Below, piece by piece: positions 56,594 to 64,000 of a DNA stretch of 64,000 bases. Below the pieces are notes generated by a model. That model saw only the letters and a program-made list of their open reading frames with translations, was not told where the DNA came from and did not search any database. The position numbers were made by a program, and so were the translations under genes. Within the stretch, counting starts at the first letter, position 1. Each line of letters starts with the position of its first letter. Origin of the DNA: Bdellovibrionales bacterium (GTDB lineage Bacteria; Bdellovibrionota; Bdellovibrionia; Bdellovibrionales; UBA1609); contig SKLV01000013.1 of the NCBI GenBank assembly GCA_007121385.1, positions 379 through 64,378 on the forward strand, read 5' to 3'.

Positions 56594-57073
56594 ATGGCAG
56601 ACTTTCAACTCTCAGCAGAAGGTGTGGAATTTGTGAAAGCCGAGCTCAAGCGCTATGAGACACCTCTTTCGGCGGTGATCCCCTGTCTCTATCGGGTGCA
56701 AAAAGAGAATCAGGGCTGGGTGAGCCCTGAGTCCGTCAGCTATTTGAGCCAACTGATGGATATTCCAGAGGCTCACATCAATGAGGTTTTAAGCTTTTAC
56801 ACTATGTTCAACCGGGAGCCGGTGGGTCGCCATCATGTTCAGGTCTGTTGCAATATTTCCTGCGCGATGAATGGAGCTCGGGAGCTGACCCATCACCTGT
56901 GCAAGTCCTTTGATGTGAAGGAAGGGGAAGTCAGTAAGGACGGAAAGCTGACTATAACCCGAGTGGAGTGCTTGGGTTCTTGTGGGACTGCACCCATGAT
57001 GCAGATCAATGATCGGTACTATGAGAACTTAAGTCCAGATTCGGCTGTGAAAATCATTAAGGAATTGGAATAG
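56594..57073 (+). CDS. nuoE: NADH-quinone oxidoreductase subunit E
   Basis: 2Fe-2S motif VQVCCNISCAMNGA ... VECLGSCGTAPMMQIN. Confidence 0.9.
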   Translation: MADFQLSAEGVEFVKAELKRYETPLSAVIPCLYRVQKENQGWVSPESVSYLSQLMDIPEAHINEVLSFYTMFNREPVGRHHVQVCCNISCAMNGARELTHHLCKSFDVKEGEVSKDGKLTITRVECLGSCGTAPMMQINDRYYENLSPDSAVKIIKELE

Positions 57074-57078
57074 AGGTC

Positions 57079-58362
57079 ATGGAAATAAAACTACTCAGTG
57101 AACACTATGACAAGCCCGAATACCGATCCCTGGAGGGCTATAAAAAGCATGATGGCTACAGAGTTTTAGCCAAAGCGCTCAAGATGGATCCTAAGGCCAT
57201 TGTGGAGGAGGTCAAAGCCTCGGGGCTGCGTGGTCGAGGCGGAGCTGGCTTCCCCACCGGAGTGAAGTGGGGATTTTTACCTGATAATGGAGAACCTCGC
57301 TATTTGCTCTGCAATGCGGATGAGGGAGAGCCGGGGACCTTTAAGGATCGCCTTATGATGGAACGGGCCCCTCACCAGCTGATTGAGGGAATGATTATTT
57401 CGGCTTTTGCCATTGGTTCAAAAAAATCCTACATCTACATTCGCGGCGAGTACGATGACTCCATTCGCATTGTCAGAGAGGCTTTGAAAGAGGCCTACTC
57501 GGCCGGTTTTTTGGGACAAAATATTCTGGGCAGTGGCTTTGACCACGATATGGATGTCTATGTGGGAGCGGGAGCCTATATTTGTGGGGAAGAGACAGGA
57601 ATGATCTCTTCTCTTGAAGGAAAGAAGGGGCAGCCCAAGTTGAAGCCTCCCTTTCCAGCCGTTAAAGGCTATTTGGGTAAGCCCACTATTGTGAACAATG
57701 TGGAGACTTTGGCCGCGGTGATTCCTGTCGTGGACAAAGGGGCTCAGGCTTATCGCCAGCATGGCACAGAGAAATCGGCTGGCACTAAACTTTTTTCGGT
57801 GTCTGGAAATGTGGTCAAGCCGGGAACCTATGAGGTGGCTTTGGGTTATCCTCTGATGGATTTAATCAACAATGAGTGCGGAGGACTTAAGCCAGGGCGC
57901 AAATTGAAGGCGGTGATTCCCGGTGGTTCATCGGCGCCAGTTCTTACGGCTGAGGAGTGTGCCCAAGCCAATATGGACTATGAGTCCCTAGCTCAGCTCG
58001 GCAGTATGTTGGGATCAGGGGCCGTCATAGTCATCGATGACAGCAACTGCATGGTGGACTTACTGGGGGTGATTATGCACTTTTATCACCACGAATCCTG
58101 CGGCCAATGCACTCCTTGCCGGGAGGGCACGGGCTGGTTAAATAAAATCGTCCACAGTGTTTTGTCAGGTCAGGGTCGACTGCAGGACATCGACCTCATT
58201 GTCAGGGTTTCGGAGCATATGATGGGGCGAACAATTTGTGCTCTTTCTGATGCCGCGGCTCTACCAGCGATCAGCTTTGTTAAAAAGTTTCGCGATGAAT
58301 TTGAGTTTTATGTGAGAGAAGGACGATCAAAGGTCAAGGGAGCCGCTCATGTTGAAATGTAA
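57079..58362 (+). CDS. nuoF: NADH-quinone oxidoreductase subunit F
   Basis: FMN/NADH site GLRGRGGAGFPTG, NADEGEPGTFKDR, and N3 cluster ESCGQCTPCREG. Confidence 0.92.
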   Translation: MEIKLLSEHYDKPEYRSLEGYKKHDGYRVLAKALKMDPKAIVEEVKASGLRGRGGAGFPTGVKWGFLPDNGEPRYLLCNADEGEPGTFKDRLMMERAPHQLIEGMIISAFAIGSKKSYIYIRGEYDDSIRIVREALKEAYSAGFLGQNILGSGFDHDMDVYVGAGAYICGEETGMISSLEGKKGQPKLKPPFPAVKGYLGKPTIVNNVETLAAVIPVVDKGAQAYRQHGTEKSAGTKLFSVSGNVVKPGTYEVALGYPLMDLINNECGGLKPGRKLKAVIPGGSSAPVLTAEECAQANMDYESLAQLGSMLGSGAVIVIDDSNCMVDLLGVIMHFYHHESCGQCTPCREGTGWLNKIVHSVLSGQGRLQDIDLIVRVSEHMMGRTICALSDAAALPAISFVKKFRDEFEFYVREGRSKVKGAAHVEM

Positions 58363-59908
58363 GATCAACGGCAAAGAGATGGAAGTGCCCCAAGGAACCT
58401 CCATTATCGAGGCCTTTAAACTCTCCGGTCAGGATATTGCCCATTACTGCTGGCATCCTGGTCTTTCGGTGGCTGGGGTCTGCCGGCTTTGTATGGTGGA
58501 AATTGAGGGGCAGCCTAAGCTTCAGATTGCCTGCAACACCATGGTGCAGGATGGGATGGTCATCAATAACAACTCGGAGACTGTTAAAGATGTGGTGCGC
58601 TGGGGGCTGGATTTTCACTTAATCAACCATCCCTTGGACTGTCCCATCTGTGATCAGGCCGGGGAGTGTGGCTTGCAAGATCAATATATGCAGTTCGGCA
58701 AGTACGACCCGGAGATGGCTGAGCGCAAGGTTAAGAAGCGCAAGGTTGTGGACTTGGGACCCACTGTGGTTTTGGACAGTGAACGCTGTATATTGTGTTC
58801 TCGCTGTGTGCGTTTCACTGATGAGGTTTCGAAAACCCATGAATTGGGAATTTTCAACCGGGGGGACCGCAGTGAGATCGGTACCTTTAAGGACAGGCCC
58901 TTGGACAATAAGTACTCCCTCAATACGGTGGACATTTGTCCCGTGGGAGCTTTGACCAGCAAGGACTTTCGTTTTCGTCAGAGGGTTTGGTATCTGAAAA
59001 CGGCCGAGAGCATTTGCCCGGGTTGCTCTACGGGCTGTAATGTCAATGTCTACTACAACGAAGAGGGCCTATGGCGGGTGAGACCAAGACACAATCCAGA
59101 GGTCAACGGCCACTGGATGTGTGATGAGGGGCGAGACACCTACAAATATGTAAACCGCAAGGCGCGCCTTTTGGAAGCTAAAATGGGCCATAGGGACAAC
59201 TGGACCTTGGAGAGTCCAGGAGCTGCAGCTAAGGCTGCGGGGCAAAAGCTGCGGGAAGTGATTGAGGCCCATGGTCCCGAATCTGTGGCCCTGGTTTTGA
59301 CGGGGCAGTACACCACGGAGGAGCTTGAGACCGCAGTACAAAAGTTTAAGGGAGACCTAGGTTCCTCTTTAGTGTATCACTGGGTCAACAATCCTGAATC
59401 CTTTGAGGACTTTGACGGGATTCTATTAAGAGGGGATAAAAACCCCAACACAAAGGGCCTTTTGAAGATTCTCGAGCAGGAAGGAGTCTCTCTGACCTGG
59501 AAAGATCTTGAGAGTCGAGTGCAGCAGGGCCAGATAAAGACTGTGGTGGTGGCCGGCCCTGAAAATCAATCCGTGTTTCCTGACTTTGTTGAAAAAGTGA
59601 ATCTCTTGGCTGGGGTTGAGAATGTGGTGTGGTTGACGGCTTGCCCTCATTCCGTATTGGACTCCCGGGAAAAGGCCACTTGGCAGATTCCTCTTAAGAC
59701 CTATATTGAAAAAGCTGGAAGCTTCATCAATCACCAGGGTAAGACGCAAAGCTTTGAAGTGGGTACGGTGATTGTCAGTTCTGCACTCACTCTGGCTGAG
59801 GCGGCCACTCTTCTCGTGGGTCAGGAGCTTGAAGTGAGCTCGGGTGATCGCCTGGCTGAACTGACTCGAAAAAAGAATTTTTTCACTGAAACCAGAGGGG
59901 CGCTATGA
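58349..59908 (+). CDS. nuoG: NADH-quinone oxidoreductase subunit G, short form (519 aa)
   Basis: 2Fe-2S CWHPGLSVAGVCRLCMVEI, HPLDCPICDQAGECGLQD, CILCSRCVRF...CPVGAL, and CPGCSTGCNV (N7-like). Ends inside the molybdopterin-like domain. ATGA overlap with nuoI. Confidence 0.85.
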   Translation: MLKCKINGKEMEVPQGTSIIEAFKLSGQDIAHYCWHPGLSVAGVCRLCMVEIEGQPKLQIACNTMVQDGMVINNNSETVKDVVRWGLDFHLINHPLDCPICDQAGECGLQDQYMQFGKYDPEMAERKVKKRKVVDLGPTVVLDSERCILCSRCVRFTDEVSKTHELGIFNRGDRSEIGTFKDRPLDNKYSLNTVDICPVGALTSKDFRFRQRVWYLKTAESICPGCSTGCNVNVYYNEEGLWRVRPRHNPEVNGHWMCDEGRDTYKYVNRKARLLEAKMGHRDNWTLESPGAAAKAAGQKLREVIEAHGPESVALVLTGQYTTEELETAVQKFKGDLGSSLVYHWVNNPESFEDFDGILLRGDKNPNTKGLLKILEQEGVSLTWKDLESRVQQGQIKTVVVAGPENQSVFPDFVEKVNLLAGVENVVWLTACPHSVLDSREKATWQIPLKTYIEKAGSFINHQGKTQSFEVGTVIVSSALTLAEAATLLVGQELEVSSGDRLAELTRKKNFFTETRGAL

Positions 59909-60429
59909 GTATAGTAAAAAAACCTAAGGCCATCTCCAACTGGTATTTGCCGGGAATTTTATCGGGCATGGGCTTTACCTTTAAAAAGCTCATCAAGAAC
60001 TTGTTCAATCCAAAGGGAATGCCCACGCTCAACTATCCCGAAGAGCACTATCAGTATGGGCCCCGCTTTAAGGGCAACCATGTCTTGACGGTCAAAAAGG
60101 ATGGATCTTTGCGGTGTACAGCCTGTATGTTGTGCGCCACCAACTGTCCTGCCGACTGCATTAAGATTGTGGCCTCGGAGCACGAAGATCCCACTGTCGA
60201 AAAATATCCGATCAGCTACGAAATTGATATGCTTCGCTGTGTTTTTTGTGGTTATTGTGAGGAGGCCTGTCCAGTGGATGCCATTCGCATGGGGCCGGAG
60301 TGGCAGACCCCCGCTCTTAATGGAGGCAACTTCACCTATGATATCCAGCATTTGGCCTACCGACCTAACTTAAAGGGCGGAATTCAAAGCCGTTTAGATG
60401 ATGAAGAGAGACATAAGGCTGGTATTTAA
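59905..60429 (+). CDS. nuoI: NADH-quinone oxidoreductase subunit I
   Basis: Two 4Fe-4S ferredoxin motifs: CTACMLCATNCP and CVFCGYCEEACP. Confidence 0.9.
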   Translation: MSIVKKPKAISNWYLPGILSGMGFTFKKLIKNLFNPKGMPTLNYPEEHYQYGPRFKGNHVLTVKKDGSLRCTACMLCATNCPADCIKIVASEHEDPTVEKYPISYEIDMLRCVFCGYCEEACPVDAIRMGPEWQTPALNGGNFTYDIQHLAYRPNLKGGIQSRLDDEERHKAGI

Positions 60430-60450
60430 AAAGAGGAAAGAGAGAACTCT

Positions 60451-60696
60451 ATGAACGAAGATCTCCAGGCGGAATTGGAACGACTCAAAAAAGAAAATGA
60501 AGCGCTTAAGCAGGGAAAGCCCCCGCGAGGCACTCTGTCGATGAAGGTGAGTGAAAAGGGGGCTCTTTCTGTTTATGGAATGGGCCGCTTTCCTGTCACT
60601 CTCTATAAGGAGCAGTGGCTTAAACTTTTGGATATCTCTGATGAGATTCGTCAGTTCATCCAGGACAATGAGGATCGTCTGAAGACGAAAGACTGA
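60451..60696 (+). CDS. Small hypothetical protein (N-terminal coiled coil)
   Basis: SD AGAGGAAAGAGAG upstream. 81 aa, MNEDLQAELERLKKENEALKQ...VYGMGRFPVTLYKEQWLKLL... No function recognised. Confidence 0.45.
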   Translation: MNEDLQAELERLKKENEALKQGKPPRGTLSMKVSEKGALSVYGMGRFPVTLYKEQWLKLLDISDEIRQFIQDNEDRLKTKD

Positions 60697-60707
60697 CCCT
60701 AAACCTC

Positions 60708-61175
60708 TTAAAAGTGGCGCAGGTTCTTTTCTCGGGCAAAGCTAAGATCCGTGGTGGTGAGGCGCAGTCGTCCACAGAGAAACTTGGCCAGGGCTCTATA
60801 AAACTTAATAGAGATTTGGGGATTGGCCTCGAGCAGACCCATAAGCTTAACATAACTCACCTTAACCACATCTGTCTTTTCGATAGCTGTAACTGTGGCC
60901 GAGCGCTTTTCCTCGTCAATAAAGGCCATTTCACCAAAATGTCCCCCTGTTCCTAGAGTCGCCACAGGAATCTCATTGCCTTCTTGGCCTTCACGATGGA
61001 TGCGAACAGAGCCATAGCTGATCACATAGAGGGCCGTGGCCTTGTCGCCCTGAGAAAAGATCTCGTCTCCCGGACTGTGGCTTTGAGTTTCGGCTATGGC
61101 CATAATTTGAGTGAGCTCCTGGTCGCTCATTTCTTTAAATAGATAGATATTATTGAGTAAACTCTTCTGCGACAT
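60708..61175 (-). CDS. Stand-alone cyclic-nucleotide-binding (cNMP/CAP-effector) domain protein
   Basis: GDKATALYVISYGSVRI...LGTGGHFGEMAFIDEEKRSATVTA matches the cNMP phosphate-binding cassette. No DNA-binding domain is attached (155 aa). Confidence 0.75.
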   Translation of the reverse strand: MSQKSLLNNIYLFKEMSDQELTQIMAIAETQSHSPGDEIFSQGDKATALYVISYGSVRIHREGQEGNEIPVATLGTGGHFGEMAFIDEEKRSATVTAIEKTDVVKVSYVKLMGLLEANPQISIKFYRALAKFLCGRLRLTTTDLSFAREKNLRHF

Positions 61176-61310
61176 GGGGCAATACTCCTCTCCTCATAAG
61201 GCACCTTGCCAGATGGATGGGTCTTTAATAGGCTAAAGCGGAGAGTCTATGATCATCAAGAGGCTTTAGGAAACCAGGTCTTAGGGCTGAGAGGGTAAAG
61301 GGGTTGAAGG

Positions 61311-62312
61311 GTGCAGGTTGACTATCAGGTGCCAGGCCAATGGTGGGAGTTCAATGAACTTTTGACTCAATCTCTCCAGCTGCCTTCAGACAAAGTTCAG
61401 GTCCGGGCCTTTAAGGGCCTCCATGCGGCACTCTGTGAAGTGACCCAGTCCTTAAGTCAACAGTTCCCCCATAAGAAAAAGGCCTACTTTTTTAAGGGAA
61501 TGGATCCGAGCCTAGAGGGAGCCATGATGGCTTTGAGTCGCAGTGGGGTGCAAGTGGAGGCTTTGGAGCTTTCCAGTTTGGATTCGGGCTCTTGGAGAGA
61601 GGCCTTGTCCACCGACAGTCTCTGCGCCGTCTACTCTGCTGACGACCCCTTGTTGGGGCGTCGCTACTCGGTTTCTGAACTGGAGTCTGAGCTGTTGCAG
61701 AAAAAGATTTTTTCGCTCAGGGTCTCTCATGCCCTTCACCACTTTGAGGCTCTACCCCAGGAGTTGGCCCGTCCTCAGCTGCGAGTGCTCTCTATGGGCT
61801 CAGATCTGGCTTTGGCATTCACCCACTCGCGACTTCGCTTCGTCACCCCCATTGCCGAAGGCCAGTCTTGGCCTCAACAGATCAACTCTCATCTGGCTGA
61901 GCAATTGGGTCGTTTGGGGCAAGATAAGGAGTCTATGGATTTGGTCAAGGCCTTTGAAGGTTCGGGACCTGCGGGTGCAGAGAGTTTATGGGGGCCTGAA
62001 AACCACCAAAGAATCTACGATAGGGCCCTCATCTATTGGCCTGACATGGATGGAGGAGCGGTGATTGAGACTCTGGCGGGCCTTCTCTCCCATGCCCTTC
62101 AGCCACCAGGGCAAGACTTTCTTTTGGAGAGCTCTTCTCTGTCTCGCTGGGGAGGGCTTCGCAGTATGGATTGGCTTAAGGCCCAAGGCCTAGGCCCCGA
62201 GGTCATCCGAGGGCTCGTAATTTTGGATCAGTCCTTGCTGACCCGCCCCAACATCCTGCAAATTCTTGAGCAAACTCGGCAGCACGTTGTCAAACTCCAG
62301 AATGGGGAATAA
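61311..62312 (+). CDS. Hypothetical protein (orphan)
   Basis: Long ORF with a GTG start and coding-like composition. I found no motif I can name. Confidence 0.4.
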   Translation: MQVDYQVPGQWWEFNELLTQSLQLPSDKVQVRAFKGLHAALCEVTQSLSQQFPHKKKAYFFKGMDPSLEGAMMALSRSGVQVEALELSSLDSGSWREALSTDSLCAVYSADDPLLGRRYSVSELESELLQKKIFSLRVSHALHHFEALPQELARPQLRVLSMGSDLALAFTHSRLRFVTPIAEGQSWPQQINSHLAEQLGRLGQDKESMDLVKAFEGSGPAGAESLWGPENHQRIYDRALIYWPDMDGGAVIETLAGLLSHALQPPGQDFLLESSSLSRWGGLRSMDWLKAQGLGPEVIRGLVILDQSLLTRPNILQILEQTRQHVVKLQNGE

Positions 62313-62323
62313 AAGTCAAAGGG

Positions 62324-63346
62324 ATGTCACAAAATGTAAAGGAATGGGCCCTGCGCTTGGGCAAATTTATATTGGCCTTTGGTCTTGTCTTTTGGCTGAT
62401 TTCTCGGGGGCTCTTGGACCTCTCTCTGCTGGGCCAGTTACTACAGGGAGAGATTGTTTTGGTGCTTTTGGGCCTTGCTGGCCTCAATCTGATTTTGGCC
62501 AACTGGCGCTGGACTCTCTTGCTGAGAGCCCGGGGCTTTTCTCTGGGCTTTCTAAAAACTTTTCCCCTCTATTTAATAGGTCTCTTTTTTAACTACGCTC
62601 TGCCTGGAGCCATTGGGGGAGATGTGGTCAAAGCCTATTATCTCACCAAGGACCACCCAAGGAGAAAGATTGAAGCTGTCACCACTGTGGCTATGGATCG
62701 AATTCTCGGGCTCTACGCTATGGTTCTTCTGGCTTTGGTGGCGATTTTGGTGGATGGGGCCTTGGTTTTTGGCGATGGCAAAATGCAGTGGGTGGCTTTA
62801 CTGGCCCTGAGTTTATTTCTGGGGATGACTCTTTTTTTTATATTGGCTTTTTCCCGCTGGCTAAGAGATCGCCCCTTTGTCCAAGTGCAGGTTAAGCGCT
62901 GGCCAGGGGGCTCCACCCTCTTAGGGCTCTATGAATCCATTCATGCCTATAGGGAACATGGCCCAGTGCTGCTGGGGACCTTGGGGTTGAGTTTGTTGTC
63001 GCAAACGGTGGCCGTGCTGTTTATGTGGTTTGTGGGGCAGAGCCTGGGCTACACTGAGGTCTCTTGGATCACCTATCTCTTTGCCGTCCCCACTGGATTT
63101 ATGCTCTCTGCTCTTCCTATTTCCCCGGCCGGAGTGGGAGTGGGTCAGGTGGCTTTTTTATTTTTATTTAACCTACATATGGGCGCCCCCACAGACTTGG
63201 GACCGGCGGTGATTACGGCTTTCCAAATTGCTCTCTTTGTCTGGGGTCTTGTGGGAGCTGGGTTTTATTTAATGAGAAAGCAAAAGCCTGAGGAGAGCTT
63301 AAGTTTTGGTGGATACGACCAAAATCATCATTTTGCGCAAGATTAA
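62324..63346 (+). CDS. Lysylphosphatidylglycerol-synthase-TM-region / flippase-like (UPF0104) membrane protein
   Basis: About 8 TM segments. Family signature LPGAIGGDVVKAYYL. Confidence 0.7.
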   Translation: MSQNVKEWALRLGKFILAFGLVFWLISRGLLDLSLLGQLLQGEIVLVLLGLAGLNLILANWRWTLLLRARGFSLGFLKTFPLYLIGLFFNYALPGAIGGDVVKAYYLTKDHPRRKIEAVTTVAMDRILGLYAMVLLALVAILVDGALVFGDGKMQWVALLALSLFLGMTLFFILAFSRWLRDRPFVQVQVKRWPGGSTLLGLYESIHAYREHGPVLLGTLGLSLLSQTVAVLFMWFVGQSLGYTEVSWITYLFAVPTGFMLSALPISPAGVGVGQVAFLFLFNLHMGAPTDLGPAVITAFQIALFVWGLVGAGFYLMRKQKPEESLSFGGYDQNHHFAQD

Positions 63347-63902
63347 GTTCTCCGAGTCCGACTTGATTATTCATGGTCTAAGTCAAAGAGGAGGGCGGCT
63401 TAACTTTTTAGCCCGAGGGGCACTCAAATCCCGGCGTCGCTTTGGGGGTGGAGTTCTTGAACCCACACACTACGTTCAGGTGACTTACCACCGGAAATCC
63501 TCATCTCCTCAAGAAGGGCAGCTTAATTTTTTACAAGAGGCTTATCTGATCGATGACTTCCAGGGCCTGCGGGAGGACTATTCTCGCCTCGAGCTGGCCT
63601 TTCATTTTATTCAGCTGGTCAGTCAAACTTCCCAAGAAGGTGATGAGGGATCTCCGGAGCTCTTTAATCTCCTGGGCCATGCTCTGAGAGCCTGTTCCCA
63701 AAGCTTGAATCTGGATATTCTAAAGACTCACTTTGAGCTGAAACTCCTTCACCAGCAGGGTGTCATGCCGGCGGAAACCCAACATCTGTCGGCCTTTTCT
63801 CGACCTCTGAGCCATCATGGAGAGATCCAGATAGGAAGAACGGAGTTAAACCAGGTTAGCCAGCAGGTGCATAACTGTCTTAAAACCTACCTCATGCTTT
63901 GA
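63306..63902 (+). CDS. recO: DNA repair protein RecO
   Basis: N-terminal OB region IIILRKIKFSESDLIIHGLSQRGGRLNFLARGALKSRRRFGG. Length about 198 aa. TTG/GTG start overlaps the upstream gene. Confidence 0.7.
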   Translation: MVDTTKIIILRKIKFSESDLIIHGLSQRGGRLNFLARGALKSRRRFGGGVLEPTHYVQVTYHRKSSSPQEGQLNFLQEAYLIDDFQGLREDYSRLELAFHFIQLVSQTSQEGDEGSPELFNLLGHALRACSQSLNLDILKTHFELKLLHQQGVMPAETQHLSAFSRPLSHHGEIQIGRTELNQVSQQVHNCLKTYLML

Positions 63903-63953
63903 AAACTGCCCCACTTTCCTGTTGATAAACCGAAAAAAAGCTCCAAAGAATTT

Positions 63954-63969
63954 TGGCATTCCCATTGCT
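63954..63969 (+). promoter_or_regulatory. Candidate sigma-54 (-24/-12) promoter TGGCAT-N5-TTGCT
   Basis: TGGCAT at 63954-59, tccca, then TTGCT at 63965-69. GG-to-GC spacing is exactly 12 nt, as in the TGGCAC-N5-TTGCW consensus. Lies in the intergenic region after recO and faces the window edge. Confidence 0.45.
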
Positions 63970-64000
63970 TAGTCAATAGGCATGCTCCCCAATTGCCCCT

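Noticed and set aside
58349-59908. Short nuoG as a frameshifted pseudogene
   Set aside because: There is a clean ATGA junction with nuoI and no residual NuoG-like reading frame downstream, so the short form appears genuine.
1-64000. Search for mobile elements, CRISPR arrays, tRNA/rRNA genes and prophage or integrase signatures
   Set aside because: No direct-repeat/spacer arrays were found. No transposase, integrase or recombinase-like ORFs were found. No intergenic gap is both long enough and structured like a tRNA. The longest gaps (410-699 and 37416-37659) contain only the features reported above.

Overview
Compact chromosomal segment that is almost entirely coding. Many gene junctions are ATGA/TGATG overlaps, and convergent genes share stop codons. 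I call about 57 CDS. I found no rRNA, tRNA, CRISPR array, transposase or integrase. The gene content points to a Bdellovibrionota/Myxococcota-like lineage, but this is inference only: Agl/Glt-type gliding genes, a PEGA-domain Ser/Thr kinase, GYF_2 domains, and many lipoproteins and outer-membrane (OM) barrels. Left to right: (1) an envelope/lipid block with a partial lipoprotein, an OM barrel, an acyl-CoA synthetase, a Ser/Thr kinase and coaE; (2) three FadL/TraF_2-like barrels interleaved with two paralogous 8-Cys lipoproteins; (3) addB-addA; (4) a lipoprotein plus lysophospholipase-like hydrolase, a small OM protein and nadB; (5) a histidine kinase coupled to a pseudo-receiver/degenerate-GGDEF protein, then alr, mlaEFD and purH; (6) a GYF-TPR protein, orphan lipoproteins, a YhaM-like HD nuclease, rsmI, a Nudix hydrolase and a HAD hydrolase; (7) a 2xGYF-PilZ gene directly upstream of a 12-kb TolQ/TolR/TolR + gltD-E-F-G-H-I-like gliding/envelope-motor cluster; (8) a heterodimeric ABC exporter pair and crcB; (9) a nuo cluster encoding only peripheral-arm subunits (B, CD, E, F, G, I); (10) a small ORF, a cNMP-binding protein, an orphan protein, an LPG-synthase-TM-like protein and recO. 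The items most worth follow-up are the barrel/Cys-lipoprotein module, the c-di-GMP-linked gliding locus, the degenerate GGDEF with an intact I-site, the membrane-arm-less nuo cluster, an 8/9-nt tandem repeat fused to an SD, and candidate sigma-28 and sigma-54 promoters. All functional calls come from motifs I read in the translations. No database search was run.
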